DNA of 64,000 nt from Bryobacterales bacterium (GTDB taxonomy: Bacteria; Acidobacteriota; Terriglobia; Bryobacterales; UBA6623). The first letter of the stretch is position 1. Each line of letters opens with the position of its first letter. The position numbers and the translations under genes were made by a program. Positions 57,629 to 64,000 of this stretch are shown here, piece by piece. Location of the stretch: assembly GCA_965207035.1 (NCBI GenBank), contig OZ242259.1:2105454-2169453 (forward strand). Reading direction: 5' to 3'. A model generated the notes under the pieces. It searched no databases. It had not been told where the DNA came from and saw only the letters and a program-made list of their open reading frames with translations.

Positions 57629-57651
57629 GCAAGAATAGTTGTCGCCGGCCA
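57629..57651. repeat. IS right terminal inverted repeat; also the left arm of a perfect 23-bp inverted repeat with 58373-58395
   Basis: GCAAGAATAGTTGTCGCCGGCCA is the exact reverse complement of 58373-58395. Confidence 0.9.
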
Positions 57652-57655
57652 GGAG

Positions 57656-58039
57656 GTGGTACGACAGTGCCTTCTGGGCCACATCCGCCCACTAGTGAGC
57701 AACGCATTCTTCCTGGAATACGAGGATGTATTGGCGAGAGATGAACTGTTCGCGGGGGCTTCGATCACCTCACGAGATCGAGCAGTGCTGCTAGACGCCT
57801 TCCTCAGTGTCTGCAAATGGATCGGTATCACCTTTCTTTGGCGTCCGAATCTGCCCGATGAGTCCGACAATCACTTGATCGAGCTAGCGGTTGCAGGCCA
57901 TGCGGAGTCCGTCATTACAGGCAATACGAAAGACATCGCACGAGGTGAACTGATCTTCGACACGATTCGTATCGTCACGCCAGGCATCTGGCTAGAGGAG
58001 GACTACTTACATGGCAACATTAACGATCCGAGTACCTGA
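57656..58039 (+). pseudogene. PIN_3-family toxin lacking the N-terminal ~20 aa (first catalytic Asp region)
   Basis: It has ...LVSNAFFLEYEDVLAR...DESDNHLIELAVAGHAESVITGNTKD.... The ORF opens right at the inverted repeat, and the usual VVLDTNV N-terminus is absent. Confidence 0.6.
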
Positions 58040-58244
58040 TGCCCATAGAGATCGGCTGGCCGCCATGGCCGCGCAACGTGGCGTAAGCGTGAACAAGCTA
58101 ATGGAGGAACTCTCTGTAAGGGCGTTGGCAGAGCACGACACAGAGATGCGTTTTCGACTACGGGCAGCCCGCGGCAATGCGACGCGCGGGCTGGCAGTGC
58201 TCGAAAGTCTGGATCGAGTGCATTCGCCAGGAAAAGTAAAATGA
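58011..58244 (+). CDS. RHH (CopG/Arc-like) antitoxin
   Basis: It reads MATLTIRVPDAHRDRLAAMAAQRGVSVNKLMEELSVRAL and overlaps the PIN_3 3' end by 29 nt. Confidence 0.7.
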   Translation: MATLTIRVPDAHRDRLAAMAAQRGVSVNKLMEELSVRALAEHDTEMRFRLRAARGNATRGLAVLESLDRVHSPGKVK

Positions 58245-58372
58245 TGTACAGGAACTATTGGGCACCCAATCCGCAGACTGGCCTGAAGCACATTGAGGAG
58301 CTTCGAGGGCCAACGGGCAAAGCAGCCCTTACCCCACCGACCATGAGGTCCCGTGGCAGGATTGCGGACTGT

Positions 58373-58395
58373 TGGCCGGCGACAACTATTCTTGC
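58373..58395. repeat. Solo third copy of the IS terminal repeat (IRL orientation, sequence identical to IRR)
   Basis: TGGCCGGCGACAACTATTCTTGC. The flanking DNA to the right shows no similarity to the IS interior. Confidence 0.9.
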
Positions 58396-60423
58396 GCGCC
58401 CGGCAATTCTAATTCGCTGGACAGACTGTATTCGAGCGGGGTTCAGGGGCGGGCGCCACCTGCCCGAGGTGCCGTGAGTTGTGGGCTCTGGCCTGGGGGA
58501 GAGCCTCCAGGGAGGCCTCGCCTCTGAATGGGCCGGCCGATCAGAGGACGCGACGGAGAGAATCGAGGCAGTGGTCAGGCAAGACGTAACTGCCGAGAGC
58601 TTCATTCCGCTGATCCTAGAGCAAGGCGTGCCGCCTCGGTAGTCACTCTGATCGCGGGAAACGTCAATCCTCGCTTCAACTACACCTCAAACAGCAGAAT
58701 TGCGACGACGGCTCGTCTGGCGGTGATCCGGAGGCGGGAGGGGGACGCCTGACAACGTGATGTTGTTGTCCTTTAAGATTCGGTCCCTTTGGGTTGCGTG
58801 GATTGCGGTGCGTTCAAGTCTTGACAGATCTTTGGAGAAAAACATACTTCACGAAGGCGTTCACAAAGTGCCCAAAGAGTCACGAGGCCGGGCCGCCGGG
58901 TGTGTATCGCGCGCAGGTGACGGAGAACGAACGGTACGTGTATGGCTGGTATCTGGGTGATCGATTCAGCGTTCCACCAAATCTTCCTAAGTCCCGGATT
59001 GCGCGTGATGGGATTGTCCTTCTCGCGATCCAGCCGGCAGACCAACATGTTCAGACTCCTGTTGCTGTTCGTGGGCCAAGATCATGGGTCGGGAGCAGGG
59101 GAGAATAGCGGGAACCATTGAGAACTAAGGCATATTGGCGTGGTGCCGATTTGGAGGTGGAGGCGATCATCCACCTGCGGTGTGACCAGGACGATTGGGT
59201 TGCGGCAATCCAGAACCTGTTACAATGCGCCGTGAGCGTCGAACCTCGTCGGGTTACGACTCACCTCCTTGCTCGGTTGGTTCGGTGTTCACTTGAGCGT
59301 CCGGCGCGAAGAACTGTAGTCGTCACGGCACTTAGATGGACAGGTCTTGTGTGAACGGGCCGGGCGCTCACATTCGTTGCCTTCGCTCGCAGGTATCACT
59401 CGTTGCCTCGTTCGCTCCTCGAGGCCGAGGCACTGCCCCGGGGCTTAGACTCTTTCTGTAGCAGCGCCCGCGCCGCTCGTTGCTGGAGACGGCGAGGTTT
59501 CATGGGTTCGTGTGCGACCCTCTGCCTGCCTGCCCCGACCTTTGACCCGGGGGGAGCCTGCATCCGGCCACTACGATACAGGCGATGTTGCCTTTCGCAA
59601 AGTTAACCAAGTCGGCTCTGCAAGTTGTCACTTCCCCTCGATCACACGGGCTACAGGCTCCCTGTATACGCTTCGCAGCCGGGGCCACCCTCGGCCACCC
59701 GTAAGACTCGCTTTCTGGGTTGGTGACCAGTCTTTTCCGGTTCAGGATTCGCAGCTGCTGGGCCGCAAGGAAGGATTCCATAGTGCGGTATTGTAGGTGA
59801 TCGAACAACTGGCCGGACCGCTCGATTTGGTCTATCTGGACCAGAGAGTCTCAGTGTCGGCCGCACTGGAGGGCCTTGGCATGACCTAGTTCCAGCGGTG
59901 TTTCCCGGGATCCAGTGTCGGGCGTGATCGGTGATGCCAGGGATGCGAACGCATTGAGACGATCGCTCCAAGCAGCGTCAGCGCTTTCGTCGCAATGCGA
60001 TACCTTGGGTCCTATTGGAACCGCTTCCGCACCTAAGCTGCGCCGTCTTGCTGCTGAGCACTCCGTCATCGCTCAGCCTAGCTGGCTGCAACTGCACCGG
60101 AAGGCAATCGAATTTGTTGCCTTGATCCCGAGTCGACGGTTCCGGGACGGAGGAGCAGGCCGGAATCAGATCCGCGAATACCTATTTGGGATCCGGAAGT
60201 CCCAAGTTACTGAAACTGGTAGCGTGGCTCGGTACTCCGATTATCTCGGTTAGATTCCTCCCAAGGCATCCCGCGCCATTCGTGAATGGGCACATCTCAA
60301 GCATTGCCGTTTCGACACCCTGATGGAGGATGTCATGATTGCCGTTACTGCCGTCGTTCATGAACCGCGAAGGCTCATTGTCCAGACTGGCGGTGTCTTG
60401 GTTTGATTGCGTGCCAGTCTATG

Positions 60424-63375
60424 TCAGGGTACAAGGTCACCGGCATACGCTCCGTTGAGAGCAGCCAGGTTAGTGGAAGGACCTAGACTCCAGGTACCAA
60501 TCACACCGACAGGACCGTCACTCGTGTTGCCGACAAACTGCCCGGCGAAGGACCTGGAGCCGTTCCATCTCGTGGCAGACCGAACTTGATCCGCGTATAC
60601 GATTCGAGTGGATGGGCTACCTGAACTGAATCGAGTCGCACTCCCACTGCCGCCGCTCAATCGGATTCCGCTATACGTGATTTCGCTGATAGCCGCATTG
60701 TTGTAACGGACCAAAGCTCCTGAATCAATGTTCCGGAGCTCCGTGATACTCGCCGACAGAATCCCAGCTGAGGGTCGGCTGCCCCATTCGACGGTAAGTT
60801 CGATAGTGCCGTCATAGAAACGCGGACTTGCCGATTCCTCGACCGCTAGCGTCCGTCCCTCGTAATAGGCAGTCCCTCCAGCTGGATACGTCGGATCCGT
60901 CACGGAGTATACGGATTGTGCGAGAGGACTATACGCGAATACATCCAGGCGGTCCGTAGCGGCCAAACTTGGACCCCGTGTGGCACTCGTGGCAACCGTC
61001 TTAGCCCATACTCCGAATCGCCCGTAGTCGGTGTGGCGATACTCAACTCGAACATGATGCTCACGAACCGCAAACATGTCCGCGGTATTGGTAACCGCAT
61101 CAGCTACGTCTTCGAAGACGCCACCAGCGGCTATGGCGTCTTCGAACTGGCTTACACTACTCAGCGCTTCGGCAGCTGCAACAAGAGTGCTCCGCGCGGT
61201 GGAATCCCGACGGGTTCCTGTCGGATACGACGCACCGAACGGGTTCCGCGCGCGGCGGTCGCTACCAAAGACTATTGTGTAGATCGTTTCATTCGCGCTC
61301 CGCCATACGTTGCTCCGGTTCCTCTCCGTGTTGCTGCCATCGATACTAAGCCAAAGATCAAGTAATCGAATCTGCCTCTCGATCTGACCCTTTGCGAGCG
61401 ACACCAGAGGATCGCCGATTGAGTCGGCTACGCCGTTGGCAAATAGGCTCGCAACCGCAAACTGGATTTCGTTACCAGCTCCATCCTGGCCACCCAACTG
61501 CATTAAGCCTTCACTATCCGGGCGGGTGCCGATGAACGTCTGAGCCACTTCACCTGAGTCGTCCACCACCGGACGGACAACCGAGGAAGTCGATTGATGT
61601 TCCGCTCCGAAGGCACCAGAAATAAGGATGTCTAGGCCGGAGTTCTCTGAGATGTTCCAAGTCCCGATCATGGCCTCGCCTGCTTGCGAACCGGTTCCCA
61701 GGATCTGCCCCTTGAAGCCACCATTCACGGTCCTTGGCCGCCTGCCCCCTAGTGTGGTCCCATAGCTGACGTTACCTGTGCCAGCTATCACCGAGAAAGA
61801 AGCATCGCTGGCTAGGCTTGCATTCGGGAGCGTAATGTATTCAACTTCCCCGAACGCGTACCGCCATGGGTCTCCTTCTTCGTTCCGCAAGTCCCGTATC
61901 AAGCCACTCACGCGGCTCGAGCTAAGATGCACCAGGAGCTCGATGATTCCCGTGTAGGTCTCAAAACTGCCATCGGCAGCCACAGCCACAGTTCCGCCAA
62001 GGTACTCGGCTCCACCCCGATTCGGGAGCTCAGCACGCCTTGTCGCTTCCAACGGGCTATATGCGAACGCACCGAGGCCTGCCTCTCCATGACGGAGCAC
62101 CAAGTCGTTGTCTATGCTCCCGATGCCCCCTCGCTCATAATTCAGGTACGCTCCGAATCGCGTGTTGGATGTTGTCCCGAATTCCAGTTTGCTGACGCTT
62201 TGAGTCGCATCATACGCCTCTTCAATCCGATCTGAGTTGATCGCGGATTCAAAGACTCCGCCTTGCACGGCATGGAAGAAGTTCTCGTAGCTAGAGAGCG
62301 CATCGACAATTTCTGCAAGGGTCTCAATCATCGTGTCCGTGTCGAGTGAACCATTTCGCCGCGTAGGAATATTGCCGATGATGTCCCGCGCACCGTCACG
62401 CCCGAAGAGCGCCTCCAGGGCGACTCGCGCGTCTTCCCAGTCTGACTCAAGGGAAGTTCTGAGGCTCTCCAGATCAATCCCGGCAAGTTGAGTCAACGCT
62501 TCGATTCGGCTGCGGGTAACGATAATCTTCTCCGCAGCCAGTTCTACAAAAGTCAACGAATTGTCGACGCTGCCATTTGCAAACAAATCTCGGACCGAGT
62601 ACTCGAATCCAGCCACGGTAAGAAGGGAGCGTCGCGTTCCGTCTGACCCGGTCTTCAAGACCGGCTCAACTCCAACATGGGTCTCAAGGTTATCGGAAAC
62701 CAAGACCGGACTCGGTGCAGGACGGCCAGGAGGCGTGGGTGGCGGGGTAGCGATCGTTCTCACTTGCCATGCGCCGTCCCGCAAAACGAACTCGTAGGTC
62801 CTCCCCGAGGAGTCCATGACTTGCAGGCCTGCCTGGACGCGCTCTCCGTTGTATAGAAAGCTGCCGTCCTGTTGGCGGGCAATTTGCACCGTCTCACCAG
62901 ACTGACCCAACCGAATGCTAATGAGTTCGGGGACGAAGATGGCGTTCCACGAGTCCCCCACGAGCGTCAGTCGATACACCGTGCCATCTACATCTGATAT
63001 GGTGAGGCCACTCTCGATAGGCCCCCACCACCAGAACTGACCATCTTCCCGCTGTTCGATCGTGATTGCACTACCAGTCGTTCCAAGCGCGATCCGGATG
63101 AATCGGGTCAGATACTCAGCCCGCCAAGTTCCATCGACCATGGTAAGCACATAGTCATTTCCATTCGCCGCCGTGAGAGTAAATCCGTGAAACACCCGGG
63201 ACCCGTTCCAAGTGAACTGACCGGACTCGGTCTCAATCAGCGTCACTTGGCCACCATGCTGGCCTAACTGAACCGTGACGGCTTGGGCATGAAGCGATTC
63301 CGTTCCCCCGAATGCGAATACGACGACGGCCGCAATCGCGATTCCCATGGAGCCCGAACTCTTCCAATGGCGCAT
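60424..63375 (-). CDS. Secreted 983-aa protein: three N-terminal ~60-aa repeats plus two ~370-aa modules, each ending in a TbpB/fHbp-like beta-barrel signature
   Basis: The signal peptide is ...IAIAAVVVFAFGGTESLHAQA. The module ends are GGFKGQILGTGSQAGEAMIGTWNI...ISGAFGAEHQ and FAGQFVGNTSDGPVGVIGTWSL...LNGAYAGDLVP. The upstream pattern is (A/T).Y.GGT.AV...Y.G.IEL.V......SG.I..LRN. Confidence 0.75.
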   Translation of the reverse strand: MRHWKSSGSMGIAIAAVVVFAFGGTESLHAQAVTVQLGQHGGQVTLIETESGQFTWNGSRVFHGFTLTAANGNDYVLTMVDGTWRAEYLTRFIRIALGTTGSAITIEQREDGQFWWWGPIESGLTISDVDGTVYRLTLVGDSWNAIFVPELISIRLGQSGETVQIARQQDGSFLYNGERVQAGLQVMDSSGRTYEFVLRDGAWQVRTIATPPPTPPGRPAPSPVLVSDNLETHVGVEPVLKTGSDGTRRSLLTVAGFEYSVRDLFANGSVDNSLTFVELAAEKIIVTRSRIEALTQLAGIDLESLRTSLESDWEDARVALEALFGRDGARDIIGNIPTRRNGSLDTDTMIETLAEIVDALSSYENFFHAVQGGVFESAINSDRIEEAYDATQSVSKLEFGTTSNTRFGAYLNYERGGIGSIDNDLVLRHGEAGLGAFAYSPLEATRRAELPNRGGAEYLGGTVAVAADGSFETYTGIIELLVHLSSSRVSGLIRDLRNEEGDPWRYAFGEVEYITLPNASLASDASFSVIAGTGNVSYGTTLGGRRPRTVNGGFKGQILGTGSQAGEAMIGTWNISENSGLDILISGAFGAEHQSTSSVVRPVVDDSGEVAQTFIGTRPDSEGLMQLGGQDGAGNEIQFAVASLFANGVADSIGDPLVSLAKGQIERQIRLLDLWLSIDGSNTERNRSNVWRSANETIYTIVFGSDRRARNPFGASYPTGTRRDSTARSTLVAAAEALSSVSQFEDAIAAGGVFEDVADAVTNTADMFAVREHHVRVEYRHTDYGRFGVWAKTVATSATRGPSLAATDRLDVFAYSPLAQSVYSVTDPTYPAGGTAYYEGRTLAVEESASPRFYDGTIELTVEWGSRPSAGILSASITELRNIDSGALVRYNNAAISEITYSGIRLSGGSGSATRFSSGSPSTRIVYADQVRSATRWNGSRSFAGQFVGNTSDGPVGVIGTWSLGPSTNLAALNGAYAGDLVP

Positions 63376-63504
63376 TCAGTTACCGCTCCTCCGCAATTAG
63401 TCTACTACCTCGACTGATACCTCTGGATCGAACCGCGTTGTCCCAAAGAGGCAGCCTAGCCAGATACCCGCGACTCGCGATCCCACCGTGGAGCGTATTG
63501 TGCC

Positions 63505-64000
63505 TTAGGGCAACAATTCCGCGCCGAACGCCCCGTCGATATCAATTCCGTTGCCGTCGTCAAGGCTCCACTGCCCAATCACTCCGAACGGCCCGTCAAT
63601 TCCCTCACCCACGAATTTACCGTCAATGTCATGCGTCCCACCAAGGGTAACCTCGGTCAATCGTTGATCACGATAGCGAATCGAGACTGCAAAGCCCGAT
63701 GCGGTGTCAAATCCAATATCACCGGTAGAATCCGCATCCATGCTGCTGAACAGTATGTAGCCAACATCTTGACTGCCATGCTGGAACCATGTGTTGTCGC
63801 TAACGTTTCTCAGATCACGAACGAACGAAGAGACGGTGTTTGTGCCATCGGCATCCCAGTCGACTGTCAGTTGGAATGCTCCCCTGTAAATTGACCCGGC
63901 ATCGTCAACGGCTAGAGTGTCTCCATCGTAGACGGCTCGAAAATCCAGCCGAGCATCGCTAGACGTATAGTTGGTCTGGTCCAACGGGCTAAAGGCAAAC
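63505..64000 (-). CDS. Paralog of the TbpB-like-barrel protein; only the C-terminal module is in the window
   Basis: The frame is open to nt 64000 (FAFSPLDQTNY... aligns with FAYSPLAQSVY... of the neighbour). It ends GKFVGEGIDGPFGVIGQWSL...DGAFGAELLP. Confidence 0.75.
   Translation of the reverse strand, partial: FAFSPLDQTNYTSSDARLDFRAVYDGDTLAVDDAGSIYRGAFQLTVDWDADGTNTVSSFVRDLRNVSDNTWFQHGSQDVGYILFSSMDADSTGDIGFDTASGFAVSIRYRDQRLTEVTLGGTHDIDGKFVGEGIDGPFGVIGQWSLDDGNGIDIDGAFGAELLP

Larger units (their letters stand above)
55749..57651 (+). mobile_element. Insertion sequence (~1.9 kb) with 23-bp imperfect terminal inverted repeats and a DDE/rve transposase (ISNCY/IS1202-like by recollection)
   Basis: IRL is TGGCCAGCGACAACTACTTTGGC (55749-55771). 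IRR, read as reverse complement, is TGGCCGGCGACAACTATTCTTGC (57629-57651). They match at 19 of 23 positions. A single 531-aa transposase gene lies between them. I could not identify a target-site duplication. Confidence 0.65.

Noticed and set aside
1-64000. CRISPR arrays, rRNA genes, retron/RT genes and prophage structural genes.
   Set aside because: I saw no short regularly spaced repeats, no rRNA-like segments, no RT (YxDD) ORF and no capsid, tail or terminase-like ORFs.

Overview
This is high-GC bacterial DNA. The outer-membrane protein with a CarboxypepD_reg-type N-terminus, the DUF1549 relic, the Sel1 lipoprotein and the astacin-like proteins fit an Acidobacteria-like soil bacterium, but that is only a guess. 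All calls come from reading the ORF translations and the nucleotides by eye. No homology search was run, so family names are motif-recall assignments.

The window looks like an accessory, mobile-element-rich region:
- **Conjugation genes.** It opens inside a transfer module (VirB11/TrbB-type ATPase, ArdC). A split DUF3991/Toprim primase-like gene lies about 28 kb in.
- **Two-component systems.** There are two paralogous OmpR-type response regulator / histidine kinase pairs.
- **Tandem duplication.** A 1.06-kb unit is duplicated in tandem and carries a ribbon-helix-helix (RHH) gene. A third RHH paralog lies elsewhere.
- **Toxin-antitoxin (TA) modules.** I count seven, including PIN/VapBC, RelE/ParE and Phd types, one orphan antitoxin and one truncated toxin.
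- **Insertion sequence.** One intact IS has 23-bp terminal inverted repeats. A third, perfect copy of that repeat brackets a TA cassette.
- **Pseudogenes and fragments.** These include relics of IS630, DUF1549, an ICMT-like methyltransferase, DUF4338, an NHL-repeat protein and an outer-membrane barrel.
- **Large secreted paralogs.** Two astacin-like proteins (about 1,250 aa each) flank a VapBC pair. Two tandem proteins end in TbpB-like barrel signatures.
- **Housekeeping-type genes.** YjbQ, an SLC12-like transporter, a sulfatase, a CPA2 antiporter and outer-membrane barrels.

I found no rRNA, tRNA, CRISPR array or reverse transcriptase.

The most unusual items are:
1. A PIN toxin paired with a T5orf172/GIY-YIG-like multidomain protein where a small antitoxin would normally sit.
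2. The tandem RHH unit, whose conserved 0.5-kb segment I cannot explain.
3. The TA cassette bracketed by IS-type inverted repeats.
4. Two small ORFs translationally coupled to the second response regulator.
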